Program-made: the position numbers and the translations under genes
Shown: positions 19,220 through 29,975 of the stretch, piece by piece
Layout: every line of letters starts with the position of its first letter
Numbering within the stretch: position 1 is the stretch's first letter
Notes under the pieces: generated by a model
The model's database searches: none
What the model saw: the letters and a program-made list of their open reading frames with translations, nothing else
Told to the model about the DNA's origin: nothing
Origin: Escherichia coli
Lineage (GTDB): Bacteria; Pseudomonadota; Gammaproteobacteria; Enterobacterales; Enterobacteriaceae
Strand: one strand, 5' to 3'
DNA length: 64,000 nt
Assembly (NCBI RefSeq): GCF_013315695.1
Contig: NZ_CP054356.1

Positions 19220-21184
19220 ATGTCAGTAACAAAGTCTGAACCAAAATCTACCCGTAAAGCAAGCCGTAAACCTGCAAAAACGCAGGAAACTGTCCTGTCT
19301 GCCCTGCTGGCGCAGACGGAGGAAGTGAGCGTGCCGCTGGCCTCGCTGATTAAGTCACCACTGAATGTGCGCACGGTGCCGTATTCTGCGGAGTCCGTCA
19401 GCGAACTGGCTGATTCCATTAAGGGGGTCGGCCTGCTGCAGAATCTGGTTGTTCATGCCCTGCCAGGTGACCGCCACGGTGTCGCCGCAGGTGGTCGCCG
19501 ACTGGCAGCACTCAACATGCTGGCAGAGCGTGGCATCATTCCGGCTGACTGGCCTGTCCGCGTGAAAATTATTCCGCAGGAACTGGCGACGGCCGCATCG
19601 ATGACCGAGAACGGTCATCGTCGGGATATGCACCCAGCCGAACAGATTGCCGGATTCTGTGCAATGGCGCAGGAAGGCAAAACACCTGCACAAATCGGTG
19701 ATTTGCTGGGCTATTCACCCCGCCACGTTCAGCGAATGCTGAAACTGGCTGACCTTGCGCCTGTCATCCTCGATGCGCTGGCAGAAGACCTCATCACCAC
19801 CGAGCACTGTCAGGCGCTGGCGCTGGAGAACGACACCGCGCGTCAGGTGCAGGTGTTTGAAGCCGCCTGTCAGTCGGGATGGGGCGGTAAACCGGAAGTA
19901 CAGACCATTCGTCGTCTGGTGACCGAAAGTGAAGTGGCGGTGGCAGGGAACAGTAAATTCCGCTTCGTGGGGGCTGATGCCTTCTCGCCAGATGAACTGC
20001 GCACTGACCTGTTCAGCGACGACGAGGGTGGCTATGTGGACTGCGTGGCGCTCGATGCCGCCCTGCTGGAAAAACTCCAGGCTGTTGCTGAACACCTTCG
20101 GGAAGCCGAAGGCTGGGGATGGTGCGCCGGACGCATGGAGCCTGTCGGTGAGTGCCGTGAGGATGCCGGAACATACCGCTGTCTGCCGGAGCCGGAAGCG
20201 GTGCTGACGGAGGCGGAAGAAGAACGTCTGAACGAACTGATGACGCGTTACGACGCGCTGGAAAACCAGTGTGAGGAATCTGACCTGCTGGAAGCAGAAA
20301 TGAAGCTGATGCGCTGCATGGCGAAGGTCAGGGCGTGGACGCCGGAGATGCGTGCCGGAAGCGGTGTGGTGGTGTCCTGGCGTTATGGCAACGTGTGTGT
20401 CCAGCGTGGTGTGCAGTTGCGCAGCGAGGATGATGCGGCTGACGACGCTGACCGCACGGAACAGGTGCAGGAGAAAGCGCCCGTGGAGGAAATCAGTCTG
20501 CCACTGCTGACGAAAATGTCTTCCGAACGCACGCTGGCAGTCCAGGCAGCACTGATGCAGCAACCGGACAAATCCCTGGCACTGCTGGCATGGACGCTCT
20601 GCCTGAATGTGTTTGGCAGCGGAGCGTACAGTAAACCAGCACAAATCAGCCTGGAATGTAAACATTATTCGCTGACCAGCGATGCGCCATCGGGGAAGGA
20701 CGGTGCCGCATTCCTGGCGCTGATGGCAGAAAAAGCCCGTCTTGCAGCCCTGTTACCGGAGGGATGGTCACGGGATATGACGACGTTCCTGTCACTCAGC
20801 CAGGAGGTACTGTTATCCCTGCTCAGTTTCTGCACCGCGTGCAGCATCCACGGCGTTCAGACCCGCGAGCATGGTCACACGTCACGCAGTCCGCTGGACT
20901 CGCTGGAGAGCGCTATCGGATTCCACATGCGCGACTGGTGGCAGCCGACGAAAGCAAACTTCTTCGGACACCTGCAAAAGCCGCAGATTATCGATGCCCT
21001 GAATGATGCCGGACTGTCCGGTGCTGCGCGGGACGCGGAGAAAATGAAGAAAGGCGATGCCGCTGAACATGCAGAGTTCCACATGAAAGACAACCGCTGG
21101 GTGCCTGGCTGGATGTGTACACCACGTCCACAGGCAGAGACGGAAACCACGGAGTACCGTGACGACCAGGCAGAAGCCGCCTGA
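19220..21184 (+). CDS. ParB-like nuclease domain protein (leading-region ParB/Srx homolog)
   Basis: 654 aa; N-terminal ParB-type region (..GLLQNLVVH.. GGRRLAALN..); conserved position between ssb and psiB. Confidence 0.7.
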
Positions 21185-21252
21185 CCGCCAGTCATAAACC
21201 ATTTATCACGCCGCCCTGCCGGAGACGGGGCGGCAGCAAGGGAGATACCGTG

Positions 21253-21687
21253 ATGAAAACTGAACTGACCCTGAATGTATTACAGACCATGAGCGCACAG
21301 GAATATGAAGATATCCGGGCTGCCGGAAGTGATGAACGTCGTGAACTCACACATGCCGTGATGCGGGAGCTGGATGCGCCGGATAACTGGACGATGAACG
21401 GCGAGTATGGCAGCGAGTTCGGCGGCTTTTTCCCCGTCCAGGTCCGTTTCACGCCTGCCCACGAACGTTTTCACCTGGCGTTATGTTCACCGGGCGATGT
21501 CTCTCAGGTCTGGGTGCTGGTTCTGGTGAATGCCGGTGGTGAGCCGTTTGCGGTGGTTCAGGTACAGCGGCGGTTTGCACCGGAAGCCGTCAGCCATTCA
21601 CTGGCACTGGCGGCGTCACTGGACGCGCAGGGGTACAGCGTCAGTGACATCATCCATATCCTGATGGCGGAAGGAGGTCAGGCATGA
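21253..21687 (+). CDS. psiB: Plasmid SOS inhibition protein PsiB
   Basis: [40 protein letters not shown].. matches recalled PsiB; ATG at 21253 (track starts at GTG 21250). Confidence 0.95.
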
Positions 21688-22403
21688 GCGCACGTTCACA
21701 GGCACTGGTTCCCCTCAGCGCAGAGCAACAGGCCGCATGGCGGGCGGTGGCGGAGACAGAAAAACGCCGCCACCAGGGAAACACGCTGGCGGAATATCCG
21801 TATGCGGGGGCGTTTTTCCGCTGTCTGAACGGAAGCCGCAGGATATCGCTGTCTGACCTGCGATTTTTCATGCCGTCCCTGACCGCAGAAGAACTGCGCG
21901 GCAACCGTTCTCAGTGGCTGTATGCCGTCGATGTGCTGATTGAAACTCAGGGCGAGGTCTGCCTTCTTCCCCTTCCCGGCGATGCAGCAGAGCGGCTGTT
22001 CCCGTCGGTGCGGTTCCGTGTCAGGGAGCGCAGTCGCCACAAATCCGCACTGGTCATGCAAAAGTACAGCCGCCAGCAGGCGAGGGAGGCAGAGCAGAAA
22101 GCCCGTGCGTACCAGGCGCTGGTCGCTCAGGCTGAAATCGAACTGGCATTCCATTCGCCGGAAACAGTCGGAAGCTGGCATGCCCGCTGGAGTGACCGGG
22201 TGGCAGAGCATGACCTGGAAACCCTGTTCTGGCAGTGGGGTGAGCGTTTTCCGTCACTGGCCGGAATGGAACGCTGGCAGTGGCAGGATATGCCGTTCTG
22301 GCAGGTTATTGCGGAAGCCAGTCTTGCAGCAAGAGAGGCCGGTCACGCTGTCCGTGAGATGGAGCGGTGGATGGTGCCGAACAAACTCCGGGAGGCGGCG
22401 TGA
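21684..22403 (+). CDS. psiA: Plasmid SOS inhibition protein PsiA
   Basis: 239 aa immediately downstream of and overlapping psiB stop. Confidence 0.85.
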
Positions 22404-22559
22404 TGCGGCAACAATCGCACAGATTACCCGTAAACAGCCTGAATGAGCGGGTTATTTTCAGGAAAAGTGAGTGTGGTCAGCGTGCAGGTATATGGGCTAT
22501 GATGTGCCCGGCGCTTGAGGCTTTCTGCCTCATGACGTGAAGGTGGTTTGTTACCGTGT

Positions 22560-22640
22560 TGTGTGGCAGAAAGAAGATAGCCCCGTAGTAAGTTAATTTT
22601 CATTAACCACCACGAGGCATCCCTATGTCTAGTCCACATC
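22560..22640 (-). ncRNA. Putative sok/flmB-type antisense RNA (approximate)
   Basis: Inferred from hok/mok architecture: antisense to mok leader; boundaries not determined. Confidence 0.3.
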
Positions 22641-22837
22641 AGGATAGCCTCTTACCGCGCTTTGCGCAAGGAGAAGAAGGCCATGAAACTACCACGAAGT
22701 TCCCTTGTCTGGTGTGTGTTGATCGTGTGTCTCACACTGTTGATATTCACTTATCTGACACGAAAATCGCTGTGCGAGATTCGTTACAGAGACGGACACA
22801 GGGAGGTGGCGGCTTTCATGGCTTACGAATCCGGTAA
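22625..22837 (+). CDS. mok: mok-like modulator-of-killing reading frame overlapping hok
   Basis: 70-aa ORF overlapping the hok frame, as in hok/sok and flm loci. Confidence 0.6.
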   Translation: MSSPHQDSLLPRFAQGEEGHETTTKFPCLVCVDRVSHTVDIHLSDTKIAVRDSLQRRTQGGGGFHGLRIR

Positions 22838-22841
22838 GTAG
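22683..22841 (+). CDS. hok: Hok/Gef-family membrane toxin (FlmA/Hok-like), 52 aa; below ORF-track size cut-off
   Basis: Translation [52 protein letters not shown] matches recalled Hok; TAG stop at 22839-22841. Confidence 0.92.
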   Translation: MKLPRSSLVWCVLIVCLTLLIFTYLTRKSLCEIRYRDGHREVAAFMAYESGK

Positions 22842-22850
22842 CAACCTGGA

Positions 22851-22872
22851 GGCGGGCGCAGGCCCGCCTTTT
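22851..22872 (+). terminator. Rho-independent terminator of hok mRNA
   Basis: GGCGGGCGCAGGCCCGCC hairpin followed by TTTT. Confidence 0.7.
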
Positions 22873-23190
22873 CAGGGCTGATGCTGGTCTGACTGCACTG
22901 AAGCGCCTTTATAAAGGGGCTGCTGGTTCGCCGGTGGCCCCTTTCTCCTTGCTGGCATTGTACGGGCATGAACAACCAGACTGCCAGGAAGGCCGTTTCC
23001 CTCCGGGAACGGGGATGAACGTGCGCCTGCGGCGCCCGTTCTTTTCCCCCGCCTTCTCTGTTTATGACTTACCAGAAATCACATCACCTTCCCTTTGATT
23101 ATTCTCTTTTTCCTCCTGCTCTGACTCTGATTACTGCTCTGACTCTGATTACTGCTGCCCTGATTATTGTCTGTTTTGTTGTTCTCCTGC

Positions 23191-23740
23191 TTATGCCTTT
23201 TCCGGGCGTCCCCCTGGCGGGGCGGGCTGTCGTGAACGGAGCCAGCGAAGCTGTCTCCGCCCTGGCGGGCTTCCATCCCTGACGCAAAACCCCCGGCTTG
23301 CAGCGACTGTTCCGGTCGCGCCGCCTCTGTCGCGCCGTGGCCTGCGCTCCTGGCATCCCGGCAAAAGGCCGCCGGGATGTAAGGCGCAACGCCGTTTCGC
23401 AAACCGCGCTTCACGTCGTTGCGGCGGGTCCCTGCCCGTTGTTGTGTCCGGTGCCATTCACCTGTTTAAGCCCTGTCGCCGGGGCTGATAGTTGATACAA
23501 CCTGCCGCACTGACTGTCCGGTAAAATGAACAGCCCACAAAATTTTTTACCCAAAACCCGGTAAAAATTTTGCGTTCTGCTCCAGACAGGTGCGTCAGGC
23601 CGTGGCAGGTGATGCCCCTGCGGCGAAGGTTCTCAAACAGGTGATGGTGAATACCGGAGGAACAAAAGGCAGGTCCCCGCAAAACGTCAAAACCGCGGCT
23701 CCCGAAACTCAACAGATGATGGGGGCTGAAAACATCAGAT
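23191..23740 (+). repeat. Leading-region structured repeat, family B copy 3 (Frpo/ssi-like)
   Basis: Near-identical to copies 1 and 2; 3' end shares the ssb leader sequence up to about 10 nt before the RBS. Confidence 0.6.
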
Positions 23741-23752
23741 ACAGGAGGAATT

Positions 23753-24049
23753 ATGAGCGCATTTTCTTTTAACACCACTTATCAGCCAACAGGCGATCAG
23801 CAGAAAGACGCAATCGCACAAATCGGGATCATGCAGAATCGTGCTGTTCAGGCAAATCTTGCATATCAGAGCTGCCGGGATTCTGGTGCACTCTTTAAGG
23901 TGCTCCACCAGGTCAATAATGAGCTGCATGACTTACTGGATAGCCTGGAGAATCATACTCCTCTTGTCAGAAAAAACGCTGATGAGTTGATCGCGCTGTT
24001 ACTGCTTTTCACTCGGCAGGTTGGTCAGTCCCGAACTGACCTGATTTGA
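23753..24049 (+). CDS. Hypothetical protein (98 aa)
   Basis: RBS AGGAGG; first gene after family B copy 3. Confidence 0.5.
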   Translation: MSAFSFNTTYQPTGDQQKDAIAQIGIMQNRAVQANLAYQSCRDSGALFKVLHQVNNELHDLLDSLENHTPLVRKNADELIALLLLFTRQVGQSRTDLI

Positions 24050-24159
24050 TGGTCCTTCCCCTCGGAATTGTTGTCTTTTTGTTAACGATAACCGAGGGGG
24101 GATGATATTAAGCGAAAAAACTTTTATTAATTTTATGCCTTCATAAAGGAGTTACTGTT

Positions 24160-24981
24160 ATGCGATTAGCTTCCCGTTTTGGTCGATATAATTCTATTCG
24201 CCGTGAGCGCCCGTTAACGGATGACGAATTAATGCAGTTTGTTCCATCTGTCTTTTCTGGTGATAAACATGAATCCCGGAGTGAGCGTTATACATATATC
24301 CCAACCATCAATATCATCAATAAGTTACGTGATGAAGGTTTCCAGCCATTCTTTGCCTGTCAGAGTCGGGTTCGTGATTTGGGACGCCGCGAATACAGTA
24401 AACATATGTTACGTCTTCGCAGGGAAGGGCATATTAACGGGAAAGAAGTTCCTGAAATTATCCTGCTTAATTCACATGATGGTTCATCCAGTTATCAGAT
24501 GATCCCAGGAATTTTTCGTTTTGTCTGCACAAATGGCCTGGTGTGTGGGAATAATTTTGGCGAAATCCGCGTTCCACATAAAGGTGATATTGTCGGGCAG
24601 GTTATTGAGGGAGCGTATGAAGTGCTCGGTGTCTTTGATAAAGTCACTGAAAATATGGAGACAATGAAAGAGATACATCTTAACAGTGACGAACAACATT
24701 TATTTGGCAGAGCTGCATTGATGGCCAGGTACGAAGATGAAAATAAAACGCCAGTGACGCCAGAACAAATAATTACTCCCCGCCGTTGGGAGGATAAACA
24801 GAACGATCTCTGGACAACCTGGCAGCGGGTTCAGGAGAATATGATAAAAGGTGGATTATCGGGGCGAAGTGCCTCCGGTAAAAATACCAGAACAAGAGCC
24901 ATTACAGGCATTGACGGTGATATCCGAATCAACAAAGCATTATGGATGATTGCCGAACAGTTCAGGGAGTGGAAGTCATGA
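24160..24981 (+). CDS. Conserved leading-region protein (DUF932-like)
   Basis: 273 aa; conserved position next to orf169/oriT in F-like plasmids; family name from memory only. Confidence 0.5.
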   Translation: MRLASRFGRYNSIRRERPLTDDELMQFVPSVFSGDKHESRSERYTYIPTINIINKLRDEGFQPFFACQSRVRDLGRREYSKHMLRLRREGHINGKEVPEIILLNSHDGSSSYQMIPGIFRFVCTNGLVCGNNFGEIRVPHKGDIVGQVIEGAYEVLGVFDKVTENMETMKEIHLNSDEQHLFGRAALMARYEDENKTPVTPEQIITPRRWEDKQNDLWTTWQRVQENMIKGGLSGRSASGKNTRTRAITGIDGDIRINKALWMIAEQFREWKS

Positions 24982-25030
24982 TAATATAAGTAAAGCCCCG
25001 AAAAATTTTTCGGGGCTTTACTTATATTAT
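24981..25030. terminator. Perfect 50-bp palindrome (bidirectional terminator candidate) between convergent genes
   Basis: ATAATATAAGTAAAGCCCCGAAAAA / TTTTTCGGGGCTTTACTTATATTAT. Confidence 0.65.
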
Positions 25031-25277
25031 CATCCTGCGGCATTGCTGTGTCGTCTGATATGCCTCAATTTCATCAACTGGCTTTTCGGTAGTCTGTAAA
25101 TATTGTGCCCGCGAAAAATGGTCTGGCAGGAGGCTGCACAGTTACCGGATATATATAAGATGGGATCCCGCTTTGCGGGGCTTCGGCCAGTCAGCATTAT
25201 CACTCATATGATATTTTTGTGTGTGGCCTTCCATGCCGCTGTCGCGGCATAACCGGTATTTGACAATGTATACAATA

Positions 25278-25787
25278 TTAATTTTTCTGCACACTGTTAA
25301 TTTGGGAAAGTGATTTCTTCGTGGTCGGAACCCGGATGCCTTTACTGCTCTTTATCCAGGTATAAATCCGGTAAACCTCTGATGCGTAGGCAAGACGTCT
25401 CTGGTTCTGGCGTTCGGTCTTCCTGAATCCGGCATTGTATGCACCAACGGCCTCCCAGGAGACGCCCCATTTTTTAAAGGCTATTGCCAGATAATAAGCA
25501 CCGGTATAAATGTTCATGCAGGGATCTGTTGTCAGATGTTCCGGCTTAATTCCATAGCGGGCCAGTTCGTTAAAATGCTGGGAATCTACCTGCATCAGTC
25601 CGCTGCCATATCCCGTTACCGGATTAATACCGATGGCATTAACCCGGTAACGGGATTCTTTCCATGATATCGCTCTCAGTAAATCCGGGTCTATTTTGTA
25701 ATCCCGACCTGCAAGATCAAAGCAATCGGCGGCTTCGCAGATCCCATTTATAAACATCAGGCAGATTGCTAACATCCATTTTTTCAT
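25278..25787 (-). CDS. Lytic transglycosylase (F orf169/gene X-like)
   Basis: 169 aa with signal peptide and transglycosylase motifs (..ISWKESRY.. GLMQV.. AYNAG..); transcribed away from oriT. Confidence 0.85.
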   Translation of the reverse strand: MKKWMLAICLMFINGICEAADCFDLAGRDYKIDPDLLRAISWKESRYRVNAIGINPVTGYGSGLMQVDSQHFNELARYGIKPEHLTTDPCMNIYTGAYYLAIAFKKWGVSWEAVGAYNAGFRKTERQNQRRLAYASEVYRIYTWIKSSKGIRVPTTKKSLSQINSVQKN

Positions 25788-25789
25788 TT

Positions 25790-26195
25790 TTCCACCTCTG
25801 GTGACTTTATCCGTAAATAATTTAACCTACTCCACAAAAAGGCTCAACAGGTTGGTGGTTCTCACCACCAAAAGCACCACACCCCACGCAAAAACAATTT
25901 TTTGCTGATTTTTCTTTATAAATAGAGTGTTATGAAAAATTAGTTTCTCTTACTCTCTTTATGATATTTAAAAAAGCGGTGTCGGCGCGGCTACAACAAC
26001 GCGCCGACACCGCTTTGTAGGGGTGGTACTGACTATTTTTATAAAAAACATCATTTTATATTAGGGGCGCTGCTAGCGGCGCGGTGTGTTTTTTTATAGG
26101 ATACCGCTAGGGGCGCTGCTAGCGGTGCGTCCCTGTTTGTATTATGAATTTTAGTGTTCCGAAATTAACTTTATTTTATGTTCAAAAAAGGTAAT
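25790..26195 (-). other. oriT: Origin of transfer oriT (F/R100-type); nic predicted on minus strand near 25878/25879
   Basis: Plus strand carries reverse complement of the F nic region (..CCAAAAGCACC|ACACCCCACGC..), adjacent inverted repeat GGTGGTTCTCACCACC, A/T-rich tracts, hairpin GCGGTGTCGGCGCG..CGCGCCGACACCGC, repeated AGGGGCGCTGCTAGCGG motifs (TraM-site candidates). Confidence 0.8.
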
Positions 26196-26200
26196 CTCTA

Positions 26201-26584
26201 ATGGCTAAGGTGAACCTGTATATCAGCAATGATGCCTATGAAAAAATAAATTCGATTATTGAGAAGCGTCGACAGGAAGGGGCAAGGGAAAAAGATGTCA
26301 GTTTTTCAGCAACAGCTTCAATGCTTCTTGAACTGGGGCTTCGTGTATATGAGGCTCAGATGGAGCGTAAAGAGTCTGCATTTAATCAGACTGAGTTTAA
26401 TAAATTGCTTCTTGAATGCGTTGTAAAAACACAATCATCAGTAGCGAAAATTTTGGGTATTGAGTCTCTCAGTCCTCATGTCTCCGGAAATCCAAAGTTT
26501 GAATATGCCAATATGGTTGAAGATATCAGGGAGAAGGTATCATCTGAGATGGAACGATTTTTTCCAAAAAATGATGATGAATAA
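26201..26584 (+). CDS. traM: Relaxosome protein TraM
   Basis: 127 aa MAKVNLYISNDAYEKINSIIEKRRQEGAREKDVSFSATASMLLELGL.. matches TraM. Confidence 0.95.
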   Translation: MAKVNLYISNDAYEKINSIIEKRRQEGAREKDVSFSATASMLLELGLRVYEAQMERKESAFNQTEFNKLLLECVVKTQSSVAKILGIESLSPHVSGNPKFEYANMVEDIREKVSSEMERFFPKNDDE

Positions 26585-26692
26585 AAGAAATTTGACTTCG
26601 TTCAAATATCAGAGTTTTTATGATTTAAAAAGGTGACAGTACGAAAGATAATTAGTATATTAATTACGTGGTTAATGCCACGTTAAAATTTG

Positions 26693-26775
26693 AATTTGAA
26701 AATCGCCGATGCAGGGAGTTCTCTCCTCCCCGCATCGACTGTCCATAGAATCCTTTGTGAGGAGGTTCCTATGTA
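26693..26775 (-). ncRNA. finP: FinP antisense RNA (approximate)
   Basis: Antisense to traJ leader/RBS; two stem-loops (e.g. CGATGCAGGGAG..CTCCCCGCATCG) and minus-strand U-tail (plus GAATTTGAAAATC). Confidence 0.6.
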
Positions 26776-27460
26776 TCCGATGGATCGTATTCAACAAAAA
26801 CATGCTCGTCAAATAGATCTGCTGGAAAATCTGACGGCAGTTATTCAGGATTATCCAAATCCAGCCTGTATCAGGGACGAAACTGGAAAATTTATTTTTT
26901 GCAATACGCTGTTTCATGAGTCATTTCTTACACAAGATCAAAGTGCTGAAAAATGGCTTCTGTCGCAGAGAGATTTTTATGAATTGATCTCTGTCACAGA
27001 GATGGAAGCATACAGGAATGAGCATACGCATCTTAATCTTGTAGAGGATGTTTTTATTCAGAACAGATTCTGGACAATATCTGTCCAGTCATTTCTTAAT
27101 GGACACAGAAATATTATTCTGTGGCAATTTTATGATGCTGCTCATGTTCGTCATAAAGACAGTTATAATCAAAAAACGATTGTCAGTGATGATATCAGAA
27201 ATATAATCAGAAGAATGAGTGATGATTCTTCTGTATCATCATATGTAAATGATGTATTTTACTTATATAGCACCGGAATCAGTCATAATGCTATAGCAAG
27301 AATATTAAACATATCCATCTCCACATCAAAGAAACACGCATCTCTGATATGCGACTACTTCTCTGTTTCTAATAAAGATGAGTTAATCATCTTACTCTAC
27401 AATAAAAAGTTTATTCATTATTTATACGAGAAGGCTATGTGTATCATAAATATGCGTTAA
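26771..27460 (+). CDS. traJ: Transfer operon activator TraJ
   Basis: ATG with RBS GAGGAGG; MYPMDRIQQKHARQIDLLENL..; track ORF extends upstream to 26690. Confidence 0.85.
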   Translation: MYPMDRIQQKHARQIDLLENLTAVIQDYPNPACIRDETGKFIFCNTLFHESFLTQDQSAEKWLLSQRDFYELISVTEMEAYRNEHTHLNLVEDVFIQNRFWTISVQSFLNGHRNIILWQFYDAAHVRHKDSYNQKTIVSDDIRNIIRRMSDDSSVSSYVNDVFYLYSTGISHNAIARILNISISTSKKHASLICDYFSVSNKDELIILLYNKKFIHYLYEKAMCIINMR

Positions 27461-27558
27461 TAAAGTGTTAATAAAATATAGACTTTCCGTCTATTTACCT
27501 TTTCTGATTATTCTGCAAACATAAGTGGTAACCAGAAGATAAACAGCGGGAGGTGTTA

Positions 27559-27954
27559 TTGAAAAGATTTGGTACACGTTCTGCAACAGGTAAGATGGTA
27601 AAACTAAAATTACCTGTAGATGTGGAAAGTCTATTAATTGAGGCAAGTAACAGAAGCGGAAGAAGTCGATCGTTTGAGGCAGTAATAAGACTTAAAGATC
27701 ATCTTCACCGCTATCCAAAGTTTAACAGGGCAGGAAATATCTATGGTAAGTCGCTGGTTAAGTATCTGACAATGCGTCTGGATGATGAAACTAACCAGCT
27801 ACTTATTGCAGCAAAAAATCGTAGTGGATGGTGTAAAACAGATGAGGCTGCAGACAGAGTTATTGATCATTTGATCAAGTTTCCTGATTTTTATAACTCG
27901 GAGATATTCAGGGAGGCAGATAAAGAGGAAGATATAACATTTAATACACTCTAG
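27559..27954 (+). CDS. traY: Relaxosome accessory protein TraY
   Basis: Ribbon-helix-helix protein (..FGTRSATGKMVKLKLPVDVESLL..); probable TTG start at 27559 after RBS GGGAGG (track: 27553). Confidence 0.85.
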   Translation: MKRFGTRSATGKMVKLKLPVDVESLLIEASNRSGRSRSFEAVIRLKDHLHRYPKFNRAGNIYGKSLVKYLTMRLDDETNQLLIAAKNRSGWCKTDEAADRVIDHLIKFPDFYNSEIFREADKEEDITFNTL

Positions 27955-27986
27955 TTTTATTCATTTATCCGAAATTGAGGTAACTT

Positions 27987-28346
27987 ATGAATACTGTTTT
28001 AAGTGTTCAGGGTGCTTCTGCGCCCGTCAAAAAGAAATCGTTTTTTTCTAAATTCACTCGTCTGAATATGCTTCGCCTGGTTCGTGCAGTGATCCCGGTT
28101 GCTGTTCTGATGATGTTGTTCCCTGAGTTAGCTATGGCTGCTGGTAAAGGCGACCTGATGGCTAAAGGTAACGATACGGTTAAGGCGACCTTCGGTAAGG
28201 ACTCCAGTATCGTTAAATGGGTTGTTCTGGCTGAGGTGCTGGTCGGTGCGGTCATGTACATGATGACCAAAAACGTCAAGTTCCTGGTCGGCTTTGCCAT
28301 CATCTCTGTATTTATTGCTGTGGGTATGAGCGTCGTTGGCCTCTGA
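27987..28346 (+). CDS. traA: F-pilin precursor TraA
   Basis: 119 aa propilin with long leader and hydrophobic mature pilin. Confidence 0.9.
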   Translation: MNTVLSVQGASAPVKKKSFFSKFTRLNMLRLVRAVIPVAVLMMLFPELAMAAGKGDLMAKGNDTVKATFGKDSSIVKWVVLAEVLVGAVMYMMTKNVKFLVGFAIISVFIAVGMSVVGL

Positions 28347-28360
28347 CAGGAAATAAAACG

Positions 28361-28672
28361 ATGTCGGGAGACGAGAATAAACTTAAGAAATATCGTTTCC
28401 CGGAAACACTGACCAACCAGAGCCGCTGGTTTGGCCTGCCACTGGATGAACTGATCCCCGCAGCAATCTGTGTTGGCTGGGGTATCACAACATCGAAATA
28501 TCTGTTCGGTATTGGTGCAGCGGTTCTGGTTTATTTCGGGATTAAAAAACTGAAAAAAGGGCGGGGCAGTTCCTGGTTACGTGACCTGATTTACTGGTAT
28601 ATGCCAACAGCCCTGCTGCGCGGTATTTTTCATAATGTTCCCGATTCGTGTTTCCGGCAGTGGATTAAATAG
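28361..28672 (+). CDS. traL: Pilus assembly protein TraL
   Basis: Size and order in tra operon. Confidence 0.85.
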   Translation: MSGDENKLKKYRFPETLTNQSRWFGLPLDELIPAAICVGWGITTSKYLFGIGAAVLVYFGIKKLKKGRGSSWLRDLIYWYMPTALLRGIFHNVPDSCFRQWIK

Positions 28673-28693
28673 AACTGATACCAGGATTGTTAT

Positions 28694-29260
28694 ATGGAAC
28701 ACGGTGCCCGTTTAAGTACCAGTCGTGTAATGGCCATCGCCTTTATATTTATGTCAGTGCTTATTGTTCTCAGCCTCTCTGTTAACGTCATTCAGGGGGT
28801 GAATAACTACCGCCTTCAGAATGAGCAACGCACTGCCGTGACGCCAATGGGATTTAATGTGCCCTTTGCCGTGTCACAGAACAGTGCCGATGCCTCTTAT
28901 TTGCAGCAGATGGCGCTGTCATTTATTGCCCTCCGTCTGAATGTCTCACCGGAAATCGTCGATGCCTCACATCAGGCGCTTCTGCAATATATCCGCCCGG
29001 GCGCACAGAACCAGATGAAAGTTATTCTGGCTGAAGAAGCGAAACTCATTAAAAAAGATAACGTGAATTCTGCTTTTTTCCAGACCAGTGTCCGTGTCTG
29101 GCCTCAGTATGGTCGTGTGGAAATCCGTGGAATTCGGAAAACATGGATTGGTAACTCCGAACCTTTTACTGATATCAAACATTACATCCTTATTCTGAAG
29201 CGGGAAAACGGGGTGACCTGGCTGGATAATTTCGGGGAAACAGACGATGAGAAAAAATAA
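28694..29260 (+). CDS. traE: Pilus assembly protein TraE
   Basis: Size and order. Confidence 0.85.
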   Translation: MEHGARLSTSRVMAIAFIFMSVLIVLSLSVNVIQGVNNYRLQNEQRTAVTPMGFNVPFAVSQNSADASYLQQMALSFIALRLNVSPEIVDASHQALLQYIRPGAQNQMKVILAEEAKLIKKDNVNSAFFQTSVRVWPQYGRVEIRGIRKTWIGNSEPFTDIKHYILILKRENGVTWLDNFGETDDEKK

Positions 29261-29975
29261 TACGGCAATAATATTCGGCGGCCTGTTTTTTTCCTGCAGC
29301 GTGATGGCCGCAAACGGTACGCTGGCCCCCACTGTGGTGCCAATGGTGAACGGTGGTCAGGCCAGTATTGCCATCAGCAATACCAGCCCGAATCTGTTTA
29401 CCGTTCCCGGTGACCGGATTATCGCCGTGAACAGTCTGGATGGTGCCCTGACCAATAATGAGCAGACCGCCTCCGGCGGTGTGGTGGTGGCCACCGTCAA
29501 CAAAAAGCCCTTTACGTTCATTCTGGAAACAGAGCGTGGTCTGAACCTTTCCATTCAGGCTGTTCCCCGTGAAGGCGCGGGGCGTACCATTCAGCTGGTC
29601 AGTGACCTGCGCGGAACCGGAGAAGAAGCCGGAGCGTGGGAAACGTCCACGCCTTACGAATCCCTGCTTGTGACCATCAGCCAGGCTGTCCGTGGCGGAA
29701 AATTACCTGCAGGCTGGTATCAGGTTCCTGTGACAAAGGAAACCCTGCAGGCCCCGGCGGGGCTGTCTTCAGTGGCAGATTCCGTATGGACGGGGAATCA
29801 CCTGAAGATGGTCCGCTTTGCCGTGGAAAATAAAACGCTGTCTGCCCTGAATATCCGGGAAAGTGATTTCTGGCAGCCGGGAACCCGTGCCGTGATGTTC
29901 AGCCAGCCTGCCAGCCAGTTACTGGCAGGTGCGCGCATGGATGTGTATGTCATCCGTGACGGGGAGGGCAACTGA
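29247..29975 (+). CDS. traK: Type IV secretion secretin-like protein TraK
   Basis: Size and order; signal peptide. Confidence 0.85.
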   Translation: MRKNNTAIIFGGLFFSCSVMAANGTLAPTVVPMVNGGQASIAISNTSPNLFTVPGDRIIAVNSLDGALTNNEQTASGGVVVATVNKKPFTFILETERGLNLSIQAVPREGAGRTIQLVSDLRGTGEEAGAWETSTPYESLLVTISQAVRGGKLPAGWYQVPVTKETLQAPAGLSSVADSVWTGNHLKMVRFAVENKTLSALNIRESDFWQPGTRAVMFSQPASQLLAGARMDVYVIRDGEGN

